A stretch of 63,845 nt of DNA, the filler included, from Pseudovirgaria hyperparasitica (taxonomy: Eukaryota), in assembly GCA_010093815.1 (NCBI GenBank). It is 10 parts of 8 records of this genome, joined end to end, with 100 filler letters (N's around TTAATTAATTAA, not from the genome) between each part and the next. Parts side by side here need not be neighbours in the genome. Positions count along the whole stretch, not along the records: positions 50,436 to 55,186 come from ML996571.1; positions 55,287 to 56,771 come from ML996572.1; positions 56,872 to 60,155 come from ML996574.1; positions 60,256 to 63,845 come from ML996582.1; 6 more parts are not named here. The stretch is one strand, 5' to 3'. Shown piece after piece: positions 51,475 to 63,845 of this stretch; position 1 is the first letter of the stretch, and each line of letters begins with the position of its first letter. Both the position numbers and the translations under genes were made by a program. Under the pieces are notes generated by a model that ran no database searches, was not told where the DNA came from, and worked only from the letters and a program-made list of their open reading frames with translations.

Positions 51475-54400
51475 TATTAGGACTTAGTCTTAGGTAGGAC
51501 CCAACCTACACGTACCTTAGCTAACAGGGTTAGGAGGTGACGTGAAGGGCGGTAAACAGTCACGTGCTAGATAGATTAGCGTCCCTTTATATATATACTC
51601 TCGGATTTCTACCGAAAGGGTTTAGTAGTAATTCGTTCTATAATAGAATACACCCTATTATTCTATCTAACTATACTACTATCTAATAACCCTATTCTTA
51701 TATTCGAATTACTCCCTATATAGTACTATAGTTAAGATAGTCTAACNNNNNNNNNNTATTCTATCTAACTATACTACTATCTAATAACCCTATTCTTATA
51801 TTCGAATTACTCCCTATATAGTACTATAGTTAAGATAGTCTAACTAGAACCAAGAAGGTCGATACGATCTACTATAGGGATAAGTAATACTATATTAAAT
51901 AATAGGGATCCTCCATAATCGGCATTAATCCCGGCCGTTTCTAACCGAGAAGTGGAAATATTAGACTAAATCATGGAGCTTTTAGACGAAGAAATAGTAG
52001 ATATACTAAGTAACTTCTAATAATATAAAGCCGGATAACGAGTCGTGGCGGAGCCACGTAAGGTATTATAATAAACCATCGCCGAACTTTAGAAATACGT
52101 CGCAAATTAGACTCGAGAGATTTAAACCCTTAAAGAATAGGTAGAACGCGCGAAACTCCTTATAAAGAGACGAGAACTTAAGGAGTCTCTTAAAGAACTA
52201 CGCCGAACGATAGTAGGTGGACGACTTCCTATACTAATTCAGGCGGAATTAGTTCACCTACTATTAGAGTTGCGATAATCCACCGTATACCTAGCCGCTT
52301 CGTTACCGATTTACTCTACTCCTTTCCTAGGTATACTAAAATCTAAAGACCCGACTATATTTATAGGGAAGAACTAAAAGGAGTAGAAAGACTAGAAGAG
52401 AGACTACGAAAAGTACTTCCTTAATAACCCTCTACTCTTTTCTACTAAAGTATAACGCATTTCGTTCGGAGAATAATACCTAGACTTATAATCCCGCGAT
52501 TAATGGGATAGATAGAAGGAAGTATAGCTACTATCTACGATAACCTAGAAACATTTAGCTATATTTATACTAAACACCCTCGGAACGGATAGAGAACGTA
52601 AAAGAAAGACACTATCTAAGTTAAGAAGCGTGGTATAACGACCGAACTAGACACCTACTTAACTACTATAATATCTCTAAAACCTATAGAATAATATCCC
52701 TACGCTATAGGAAAATATTTATATATTCTAGTTTCGCGAAGTACTACTTCCGTTAATCCACGAAAGACTAGGAATAGTATTATTAAGTTTTAACTATCTA
52801 CACGAATTAGAGGAGAAAGCTAATAAACACTACCGCATTCTTAAGGAACGCGGCTCTCTAGGTAAAACCGACGAACCCTATACGGGTTAGAAACGAGGTC
52901 GATCGAATACGTTCGATTAAGAGTAATCTTACCGCGATTAGCGCTAGAAGAGTATAAATCGGGGTAGAAACGCGTTAAGAGGATACTAAAATAATTAAGG
53001 CGGTGCTTCTTAACGCGGAAAAGGATAAGGTATAGACTTAAATATAACGCCTATCGTAAAATAGTAGGATTATAGCGCACTTCGTTACTATAAGTATAGA
53101 GAAATAGAATATATTTCGCCTAACTATAAGAATCCGAAAAAAGAATAGGCTAGTACACGAGACCTAACCGCGTTCTTAGCTAAATTATATATACTTAGGA
53201 GGAGCCGCAGCGCCTTCCGGCGAGTAAAGACCTAATATTACTAAAAGTATTGTTATCTATAGTAAATAGTAATAAAACTATATAGGCTCTCGTGGACACT
53301 AGTATAGAAGATAACTATATTTTATTAATTCTTATAAAGGAGTGTAGATTATCGTACGATCTTAGTAAGGTTAGCCGAACTATCGTAGTTAATGAATATA
53401 AAGTTAGAACTTTAGGTAAAGCTATAACAAATTATAAAGTTCATAACTCGAAGATAATAAAATAGTAGATGTCTAATAAATTTATCGTGGCTAATATTAG
53501 CTAATAGAATATAATTCTAGAGATGCCTTAGCTTAGACACCTAAACTCTATCCTTGATTTTTAGAAGGAGATATTAACGTTCCGACGATACCGTGGTAAA
53601 TTATACTAGTAAGTTATAACTATTAGTAAGGAGGCATAGAACCTTACTATACGGACCCGATCGTCGCTAATCTATCTTACGTCCTTATCGATTATTAATA
53701 AAGATAAGGATGATAGTAATAATCGGGGCGAAGACACGCTACCCAACGTATATTCGTAGTATACGGATGTGTTTTCGGTAGAAGATACGTTACTTCTCTC
53801 TAATCACGGGCCGTATAAGCTAAAGATCGAGCTTAAAGAGGGAGTAGACGTCCCTTATAGCCTACTTTACCTACTTTTAAGACTAGAACTCGAAGTTCTT
53901 CGTAAATACATTAAAGAATACCTTAAAAGAGGCTAGATACGTCGTAGTATATTATCGGCTAGCGTACCTATTCTCTTCGTAAAGAAGAAAGACGGAAGTT
54001 TACGTCTATGCGTCGACTATCGGGTACTAAATATAGTAACTAAGAAGAATCATCACCTATTACCGCTAGTTAGTAAATCTTTAGACTAATTAACGAAGGT
54101 AAAGTACTTTACGAAGCTAGATTTATAAGATATATATTACTAGCTTCGAATTCGTCGCGGAGATAAGTGGAAAACCGCATTTCGGACTAGATATAGTTAT
54201 TTTAAGTATACTATTATGCCATTCGGGCTAATAAATGCGCTAGGAGCGTTTTAAGAATATATTAACACTATACTCGTAGGATTACTTAACGTGATTTGCG
54301 TAGTTTATCTCGATAATATACTAATTTACTCCGATAGCATATAGGATCATAAAGAACACGTGAAATCGGTGCTGAATTATCTAAGGTAGTATAAACTCTA

Positions 54401-56771
54401 TATAAAATTATCTAAATATAAGTTTCACTAATAAGAAGTTAGGTTTCTTGGCTTTATTATAACATATAGCGGCCTAAAAATAGAGCCGGAGCGTGTAAAG
54501 ACTATCATAGAATGGCTAGAACCTACTACTATATATTAAATTAGAATATTTATAGGTTTCGTAAACTATTATCGTAAATTTATTATAGGCTTCTTACGAA
54601 TTACGGCGCCGCTTAATAAACTCATAGAGAATGGCGGTAAAATCCCTATAGGTAGGCGAGTATAGCGTAAAGCTAAGTCGGTTAAGATATAGTTAACGCC
54701 GGAAGCGCGAGATGCGTTCTAATCATTAAAGAATTACTTTATAACTACGCCGATTCTTAGGTATTTTAATCCTAAGAAGCATATTCGGGTCGAAACTAAC
54801 GCGTTAGGATTCATAATTACTAGAATTATTAGTTAACCGTATAAAGATATAAAAGACAAGGTGTAATAGCACCTGGTCGCTTACTTTTCCCGTAAAATGG
54901 CGGATATAGAGACGTGTTATGACACGCACGACTAGGAACTACTTATAATCGTTAAGAGTTTTAAGTAATGGCGATATTATTTAGAAGGCTCTATATATTA
55001 GATCGAATTATTATTAGATCACGCAAATCTACGTTACTTTATGTTAACTAAGGTCCTTAATCGCCGATAAGTACGTTAGGCTAAGTGGATGTTAATATTT
55101 AACTTTAAAATCTTATATAAAGCTAGAAGAGAGAATAAAGCTAATCCTCTATCGCGGCGTGAAGATTATAAGAAATCGTTATAGAANNNNNNNNNNNNNN
55201 NNNNNNNNNNNNNNNNNNNNNNNNNNNNNNTTAATTAATTAANNNNNNNNNNNNNNNNNNNNNNNNNNNNNNNNNNNNNNNNNNNNGGTATTAAGTAATC
55301 TAAATAAACGTCTAAGAAACTAAGAAAACCCTTAAAGACTTAATTAAATCTACCTAGAATTCCGATATATTAGTAAAGAAAGTTATAAGTATAAAAGGAA
55401 GCGCTATAGATCCGCCGTGGTTATTAAGGTAGGAATAATAATTAGACGCGATCTACTTCTAAGGCCGACTCTACGTACTAGAAGGCGGCTTATAAATTAA
55501 TGTTTTAAGGGAATAGTACGATTACGCGTTAGTAGAGTACTTTAGCGTTATAAGGACGGTTAATTTAATCCGAAGGACGTGTGACTAGCCGGGTCTTTAT
55601 AAATATATAAAAGACTACGTAAAAAAGTATAACGTTTACTAGTATATAAAAGTATATAGATACTTACTATATAGCGAATTAAGGCTATTACCTATACTAA
55701 AGGAAGTATAGAAGGAATTATTAATGGATTTTATTATAGATCTACCCCTAAGTAAGTATTCTAGGTATATTTATAATAGTTTACTCGTAGTTCTAGATAG
55801 ATTTATAAAGATATTATACTATATCCCTATAAGGAAGACGATCTAAGTACCGGATCTTATAGATATACTACTCTATAACGTAGTCCGGCTCTATAGTATA
55901 CTAAACGGTATAGTTTTAGATAGAGGTCTATAGATAATATCTAAATTTTAGAAGGATTTCTACTATACGCTAGGAATTAAGCGGAAATTTAGTACTATGT
56001 TCTATCTATAAATAGATAGATAGATAGAGCGGTAGAATTAGATAGTCGAGGCGTATTTACGCGTATATTATAACTATAAGTAGAATAACTAGGTAAGGTT
56101 AGTCTATATCGCGGAATTCGCGTATAATAATAGCCGATATATATTAACCTATGTAAGTCCGTTTAAAGTAAACTTTAGTTAGAACTATAATATATAGTTC
56201 TTAGAGACTTAGTTTAAAGTAGAATAACCTAATATTAAAGTAATAGAAATTACTATAGAACTATTCTAAACGTAAAGAAGCGTTATAAAGTTACTATAAG
56301 ATACTATGAATTATAGTAAATCGCACTATAATAAGGGTAGAAAACCTATGATCTTTAATATTAGGGATAAAGTTTTACTAAATAGTAAGAATATTCGTAG
56401 TATTAGACTAAAGAAGAAGCTTAACTATACGATAATAGATCTATATAAGATTATTTATATAATTAATAACCAGGTATACGAGTTATAACTCCCTCCTACG
56501 TTAAAGATATATAATATATTCTATATTATACTTCTCGAGCTATTTTATGCCTTATTATTACCGGATCGTTCCGAATAGATACTATATAAAGTAGTTATAT
56601 AAGAAGGTATAGATATCTATAAAGTTAAGTAGATACTTAGCTAGTAACGCGCCGAAGATGGCACGTAGCTATATAAAATTCGTTAGAAAGGATATAATCC
56701 TAACGAAGATACTTAGGAACCTATAATAAACATTAGTAAAGTAGCGATATTAGTATATAAGTAGTAATTAG
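51475..56771 (+). mobile_element. Family A chromovirus: 5' LTR (51475-51702), gag (~51880-53148), pol to chromodomain; contains gaps
   Basis: Knuckle CYKCxExxHISPNC (~53086), slippery AAAAAAG (53137-53143) before the gag stop, ALVDTS protease in the -1 frame (53286), [25 protein letters not shown] (54306), RNase H, integrase and chromodomain (~56618-56725). Confidence 0.92.
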
Positions 56772-56871
56772 NNNNNNNNNNNNNNNNNNNNNNNNNNNNN
56801 NNNNNNNNNNNNNNNTTAATTAATTAANNNNNNNNNNNNNNNNNNNNNNNNNNNNNNNNNNNNNNNNNNNN

Positions 56872-59800
56872 TCCTTCATATTACTAGCCTCATAGAATAG
56901 CTCTTAAGTAGTATAGTTAACCTCTTCTAGGAAGTAGAAGCCATAATAGAATATAGTAAGGTAAAGATTAACTCCTCTATTCCGAAAGAAGTCTACGAGA
57001 TAATTCGTTATAGAAGAGATACTAACTCCCGCATCCTAAAAGCCAAAAATATAATCCTATAAAACTAGCGAAAAGACCTCCCTAATAACGACGGCTAGTT
57101 ACTCTAATCCGCCCTCGGACAGCTCTAGTAAATATAGAACTTTATAGAAAAGCTAGTAGCGCTCTTATGAATACGGACATAGGCGAGAGCGAGGAACTAG
57201 TTAAACATATCTCTATAGTCCCGAATCGGCTAGGGATAGAAGGGAAGGGGAATTAAGGTATATCTTTAGAGCTCTAATATTAATGCCGCTCTAGCTAGCG
57301 ATAGTAACGAGGACGGTCTATCTCTCTAGTAACTCTCGAACTACCCTAGCCGATAAAATAAACTAACGTTCTATAATAAGACGGGACTTATTATCCCCGC
57401 TAGTTAATAGTTACAGATAAGTAGAATGGTTTATAGGCCCGTCGAACACTACCTATAAATTAAAGAGATGAGTATATCGCCTCCGCCTTAGACCTTACCG
57501 TCGCTAAAACTAGCGTAGGTAACGCCCGCGGTAAAGTCCCCTCTACGAAGCACGCCTTCTAGTTTAGTAGTATATTATCTCTTTAAAGCTAGTCGTCCGT
57601 TTAAAGTAAGTATTCCTTCTACTACTACTAGTATACGTCCCTTACCGGGCCATGCGAGAACCTCTTTAGTGCCCGTTATAGCTACGCCGATAAAACCTAC
57701 TTATGGACGTGCCTTATCTACCGGCCCTTAGTAATTACTAGGGGCGCCTACACGATAATCCCCGGTTATTCTTAGTTCGTACTCTAAGACGATAGTATCG
57801 GTCGAGGAAGAGGACGAGCCTAAGAAGTGTCGATGCGCGCCTTTAGTAACGAAGACTTTTAAGGTAGCTATATTATTAAAGAAGAATTTCACGAGCATTA
57901 AGGGAATGGCCCTACTAGTATGCTAGAAAACGTAGATAGGTAATATGGCTGTTCCGTATAAAGTCTACTATAAGCATTACTAAGACGTGGCTAGAAAGAA
58001 TAATATACTCGTTAGCGTGTCCTACTTAAACCTAGTAGCGAGACTTAAAATAGTATATAAGTTTAGAGATAACGTGGGGGCCCTTAAAGTTTATAAGGAC
58101 CGCTATACCTAGTTCGCGAAGTACGCGCGGCCACCTCATCCGATAGAGGCATTAGGTATCTATCGTTACTAGGCCCTAGAGACCCTAAAGTAAGTTATTA
58201 ATATTAAAACCATTCTTACTAGCATTATATTTGTGATTTAGAAGGAGGATAGTAGGATAGGTAGGTAACTCTTCGACGAGTAGGAACGTACCGGAAGTGT
58301 TAATATTAAAGGGCTCTTTGAGCCACTTAAAAAGACGACCTCTATACTTAATAAGAGTATTCTAGAACTCGCGAGGGATGAATTTAATATGTATAAGTAC
58401 CACTAGCGTATATTTAATAAGAAATTAAACTACGGCTGGCTACGAACTATATACCACTCCTACATCTAATAGTTTATTAGGTAATACCTACTTTACTAGC
58501 TCACCTATATCGCTCTTCGGCCCGATCTTAACCACTATCTAATCTCGTACCCGTACTATGCGAAGTCCTAGGATAGGGGCGATAAGACGGGTTTTAAGTA
58601 TCTCGATAACGCTATTAATTGAATTCTCGATCCTAGCGATAGACACGGGTTTAATATAATCTAGGGGAGTATTAGTCTCGACGACGAACGAAGTAACGAC
58701 TATACTATAATCGTTCCCCGCTTCTATAAGTTCTTAAATAAATAGTAGTTGAAGGCTAAGCTCCGCGAGGGGGTTAATTAAAACGGTATAATTACGGCTA
58801 TTAACGATAAGATCTATAATACGGACGATAAGAAACGATTTAGTCCCTTTGTCCCGGTCCCCTACTAGTCCCTTAAAGTGCGTATCTCTAGCCCACTAAT
58901 AATACACGGCGCCTAGGGTCCCGTAAAGGGTGGAAGACGTATAATGCTTCTATAGTATATCGCGATTGGCCCTAATTACATGATAATAGAAGTGCCTGAA
59001 ATAGGTATATAGGAATAACTCGCAGTAGCTTATAGGAATTTAACTCCGGGACCCACGTCTCCGTTAGGATTTTCTAATAAATATAGCGCGATTCCTTTTG
59101 CCTTCCTAGCCGTAGTTTAACTCCCGAGTTTTAACGCCGTTAGTAACGTATTAGTCGGCCGTAAAAGATAGGATAGCTAGAAGGTGAAAGAAGAAGCAGC
59201 TACGTGGCTTAACGCAAGTCCTTAATAACTTAAAGCTAAGGTAGACGCCTGGTTTAAGAAGGGCTCGAGGGTATTCGTGGAGACTTTTAAGAAAATAGTA
59301 AGGTAGAATAGGCTGGTCTATAGGGATAGGTTGTTCTAGAAGGAATTTAATAAGGCGCGCGCCGCTAAGCGGCTAATTAATTTTAAGAAATTCGAGTCTA
59401 ACGCGGGCCTAGATAACGTCGAAGAGAACTTCTATAGATAGGAGAGGCCTAACGAACTATCCGATAAGGAGGAATCTAACCTCTCTAAGATAAGCGATAC
59501 GATTCTTTAGGAGCTGGCTCGCGACCTCGAGTACTAAGATTAGGCGCCTAAAAACCTACCTAATTATTAGTTAAGGGCTGCCCTTAACTAATAATCCGGG
59601 CTAAGGTTTACCCGCGCCGAGAGGTTTACTAGGGGCGCATTTTATTCGTATTAAGGTCTTTCTTTTAGGCGTTCTTCACACGGTTTCTCACACGGTTACT
59701 ATACTACTAAGAGTAGTAGTTCTATGGGCCGGGGAGGTATATATAGAAGGCCGCTCCTGCAGCCCCACATGTATATATCCCTAGCTCGATTATATGGCTT

Positions 59801-60113
59801 TATTATATATTTAAGGAGGGCGTTTTCCTTGGTCATTCTACTCGGCGCGCTCCCCCTATTACTAATATTCGACTATTCGACCTTTCCTTACGTTTATGGG
59901 CCTCTATGGGTATTGATTATTAGGCTTAGCTATTAAAGAATTGATTAAGAGTATTATATAGACCCGTCCTATTATAAAAGAGAACTAATAAGAAGTTATA
60001 CGTTTAAAGAGAACTTATAATACCTGGGAGAGATACTTGTGAGTTCGTCGCGACTACTATACTAGGAACACAGCCATTTACAAAAGGGACATACGTAGCG
60101 ATGGCTTACCATA
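56872..60113 (+). mobile_element. Family C 3' part: second ORF3 copy (to ~59591), PPT and 3' LTR (59742-60113)
   Basis: Reverse complement of 26785-~30025. Same-frame FKYLD (58599, His codon RIP-mutated) and HGA (58905). Confidence 0.92.
59563..59595. repeat. Palindrome copy 6, at the end of the second ORF3
   Basis: ATTATTAGTTAAGGGC-T-GCCCTTAACTAATAAT. Confidence 0.92.
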
Positions 60114-60155
60114 GTATTATAAAGCTAGTACTATTATTATTCTTTAGTTTATTAA
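60114..60155 (+). mobile_element. Fragment of the family D relic (target of the second family C copy)
   Basis: GTATTATAAAGCTAGTACTATTATTATTCTTTAGTTTATTAA is identical to 10752-10793. Confidence 0.75.
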
Positions 60156-60255
60156 NNNNNNNNNNNNNNNNNNNNNNNNNNNNNNNNNNNNNNNNNNNNT
60201 TAATTAATTAANNNNNNNNNNNNNNNNNNNNNNNNNNNNNNNNNNNNNNNNNNNN

Positions 60256-62823
60256 GTAATATATATCTTATAAATCTAGCTTCGTAAAGTACTTTACCTT
60301 TATTAATTAGTCTAAAGATTTACTAACTAGCGGTAATAGATAATAATTCTTCTTAGTTACCGTATTTAGTACCTAATAGTTAACGCATAGACGTAAACTT
60401 CCGTCTTTCTTCTTTACGAAGAGAATAGATACGCTAGCCGATAACGTACTATAATATATCTAGCCTCTTTCGAGGTATTCTTTAATATATTTATAAAGAA
60501 CTTCGAGTTCTAGTCTTAAAAGTAGGTAAAGTAGGCTATAAGGGACGTCTACTCCCTCTTTAAGCTTAATCTTTAGCTTATACGGCCTGTGATTAGGGAG
60601 AAGTAACGTATCTCCTACCGAAAATATATCCGTATACTACGAATATACGTCGGGTAGCGTGTCTTCGCCCTAATTATTACTATCGTCCTTATCTTTATCG
60701 ATGATTAATAAGGACGTAAGATAGATTAGTAATAATTAGGTCCGCACGGCGAGGTTCCATGCCTCCTTACTAATAGTTATGACTTACTAGTATAATTTAC
60801 TACGGTATTATTAGAACGTTAATATCTCCTTCTAGAAATCAAGGATAGAGTTTAGGCGTCTAAGCTAAGGTATCCCTAGAATTATATTCTATTAGCTAAT
60901 ATTAGCCACGATAAATTTATTAGACATCTACTATTTTATTATCTTCGAGTTATGAACTTTATAATTCGTTATAGCTTTGTCTAAAGTTCTAACTTTATAT
61001 CTATTAACTACGATAGTTTAGCTAACCTTACTAAGATCGTATAATAATCTATACTCCTTTATAAGAATTAATAAAATATAGTTATCTTCTATACTAGTGT
61101 CCACGAGGGCCTATATAGTTTTATTACTATTTACTATAGGTAATAATACTTTTAGTAATATTAGGTCTTTACTTACTAGAAGGCGCTACGGCTCCTTCTA
61201 AGTATATATAATTTAGCTAAGGACGCGGTTAGGTCTCGTGTACTAGCCTATTCTTTTTTCGGATTCTTATAGTTAGGTAAAATATATTCTATTTCTCTAT
61301 ACTTATAGTAACGAAGTGCGCTATAATCCTACTATTTTATAATAGGCATTATATTTAAGCCTATGCCTTATCCTTTTCCGCGTTAAGAAGCACCGCCTTA
61401 ATTATTTTGGTGTCCTCTTAACGCGTTTCTACCCCGATTTACGCTCTTCTAGCGCTAATTATAGTAAGGTTACTCTTAATCGAACGTATTTAATCGACCT
61501 CATTTCTAACCCGTATAGGGTTCGTCGGTTTTACCTAGAGAGCCGCATTTCTTAAGAATACGGTAGTATTTATTAGCTTTCTCCTCTAATTTATATAGAT
61601 AGTTAAAACTTAATAATACTATTTCTAGTCTTTCGCGGATTAACGGAAGTAGTACTTTATAAAACTAGAATATATAAATATTTTCCTATAGCGTAGGGAT
61701 ATTATTCTATAGGTTTTAGAGGTATTATAGTAGTTAAGTAGGTGTCTAGTTCGGTCGTTATACCACGCTTCTTAACTTAGATAGTGCCTTTCTTTTATGT
61801 TCTCTATCTATTCTAAGGGTATTTAGTATAAATATAGCTAAATATTTCTAGGTTATCATAGATAGTAGCTATACTTCCTTCTATCTATCCTATTAATCGC
61901 GGGATTATAAGTCTAGGTATTATTCTCCGAATAAAATACGTTATACTTTAGTAGAAAAGAGTAGAGGGTTATCGAGGAAGTACTTTTCGTAGTCTCTCTT
62001 CTAGTCTTTCTACTCCTTTTAGTTCTTCTCTATAAATATAGTCGGGTCTTTAGGTTTTAGTATACCTAGGGAAGGAGTAGGGTAAATCGGTAATAAAGCG
62101 GCCGGGTATATAGTAGATTATCGTAACTCTAATAGTAGGTGAACTAATTCCGCCTAAATTAGTATAGGAAGTCGTCTATCTACTATTATTCGGCGTAGTT
62201 CTTTAAGAGACTCCTTAAGTTCTCGTCTCTTTACGAGGAGTTTCGCGCGTTCTATCTATTCTTTAAGAGTTTAAATCTCTTAAGCCTAATTCGCGACGTA
62301 TTTCTAAAGTTTAGCGATAGTTTATTATAATACCTTACGTAGGTCCGCCACGACTTATTATCTAGCTTTATATTATTAGAAGTTACTTAGTGTATCTACT
62401 ATTTCTTCGTCTAAAAGCTCCGTGATTTAGTCTAATATTTCTACTTCTTAGTTAGAAACGGCTAGGATTAATACCGATTATAGAGGATCTCTATTATTTA
62501 ATATAGTATTACTTATCCCTATAGTAGATCGTGTTAACCTTCTCGGTTCTAGTTAGACTATCTTAACTATAGTACTATATAGGGAGTAATTTAAATATAA
62601 GAATAGGGTTATTAGATAGTAGTATAGTTAGATAGAATAATAGAGTATATTCTATTATAGAATGAATTACTACTAAACCCTTTTGGTAGGAATCCGAGAG
62701 TATATATATAAAGGGACGCCGATCTATCTAGTATATAACTGTTTACCGCCCTTCACGTTACCTCCTAACCCTGTTAGCTAAGGTATATATAGGTCGGGTT
62801 CTACCTAAGACTAAGTTCTAACA
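60256..62823 (-). mobile_element. Family A 5' half (RT start, protease, gag, 5' LTR 62596-62823), inserted in RT of another A copy
   Basis: Reverse complement of 51475-54140. The LTR ends CTAACA, and the flank is family A RT. Confidence 0.9.
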
Positions 62824-63845
62824 GGTAATATATATCTTATAAATCTAGCTTCGTAAAGTACTTTACCTTTATTAATTAGTCTAAAGATTTACTAACTAGC
62901 GGTAATAGATAATAATTCTNNNNNNNNNNGTAATATATATCTTATAAATCTAGCTTCGTAAAGTACTTTACCTTTATTAATTAGTCTAAAGATTTACTAA
63001 CTAGCGGTAATAGATAATAATTCTTCTTAGTTACTATATTTAGTACCCGATAGTTAACGTATAGATATAAACTTCTATCTTTCTTCTTTACGAAGAGAAT
63101 AGATATACTAGCTAATAATATACTACGATATATCTAGCCTCTTCTAAGATATTCTTTAATATATTTATAAAGAACTTTAAGTTCTAGTCTTAAGAGTAGG
63201 TAAAGTAGACTATAAGGGACGTCTACTCCCTCTTCGAGCTTAATCTTTAGCTTATACAGCCTATAATTAGGGAGAAGTAATATATCTCCTACTAAAAATA
63301 CATCTATATACTACGAATATACGTTGGGTAGTGTATCTTTACCCTAATTATTACTATTATTCTTATCTTTATTAACGATTAATAAGGACGTAAGATAGAT
63401 TAGCGATAATCGGGTCCGTACGGCGAGGTTCCATGTCTCCTTACTAATAGTTACGACTTACTAGTATAATTTACTATAGTATTATCGGAACGTTAATATC
63501 TCCTTCTAAAAATCAAGGATAGGGTTTAGACGTCTAAGCTAAGGTATCCCTAGAATTATATTCTATTAGCTAATATTAGCCACGATAAATTTATTAGATA
63601 TCTACTATTTTATTATCTTTAAGTTATAAACTTTATAATTTATTATAGCTTTATCTAAAGTTCTAACTTTATATCTATTAACTATAATAGTTTAGCTAAC
63701 TTTACTAAGATCGTATAATAATCTATACTCCTTTACGAGAATCGATAAAATATAGTTATCTTCTATACTAGTATCTATAAGGGCCTATATAGTTTTATTA
63801 CTATTTACTATAGATAACGATACTTTTAGTAATATTAGGTCTTTA
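62824..63845 (-). mobile_element. Family A RT-protease fragment running off the window
   Basis: Near-identical to 874-1617 and 60256-61170. Confidence 0.88.

Noticed and set aside
51657..51846. ~90-bp direct duplication around a 10-N gap (likewise 62825-63024)
   Set aside because: Typical unmerged contig overlap rather than a biological tandem repeat.
15976..59936. Short ORFs from the supplied track as real genes
   Set aside because: All lie inside RIP-mutated TEs. They are stop-free remnants of TE frames (28725, 31060, 35155, 35599, 43438, 45146, 56306) or chance antisense/LTR frames (15976, 22618, 29197, 32107, 33887, 37488, 38004, 48124, 59724).
1..63845. Alternative genetic code or stop-codon readthrough to explain in-frame TAA/TAG
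   Set aside because: Stops differ between copies of the same element and coincide with CAA/CAG/TGG codons, which RIP fully explains.

Overview
The window contains no intact genes. It is an AT-rich block of nested fungal transposable elements, almost certainly from a filamentous ascomycete. It carries a strong RIP signature (CpA->TpA / TpG->TpA, so Trp/Gln codons read TAG/TAA and Cys/His read TAT/TAC) and is broken by scaffold gaps. Elements resolved by reading through RIP: two Ty3/gypsy chromoviruses (family A, 228-bp LTR; family B, 238-bp LTR, full-length copy at 38516-46357); an 11.4-kb non-chromovirus Ty3/gypsy (family C, ~371-bp LTR, full-length at 26785-38197, plus a 3' half and a solo LTR); a ~600-bp TRIM and a very degenerate probable autonomous relative (family D); a full-length Tad1-like LINE inserted in a Copia RT; a Copia gag fragment; and a pogo/Fot1-like DNA transposon. 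Most notable: (1) family C carries a ~990-codon extra ORF with a PhyH-like 2OG-Fe(II) dioxygenase domain (HxD...H...R); (2) one ~31-39-bp palindrome recurs six times in two unrelated retroelements, in frame within gag-pol or at ORF ends; (3) both chromoviruses carry an antisense, intron-containing Cys-rich gene in their 3' region; (4) A, B and the TRIM show Tf1-like self-priming complementarity. All protein motifs are manual de-RIP readings, not database hits. Family labels A-D are mine, and joins across gaps are not verifiable.
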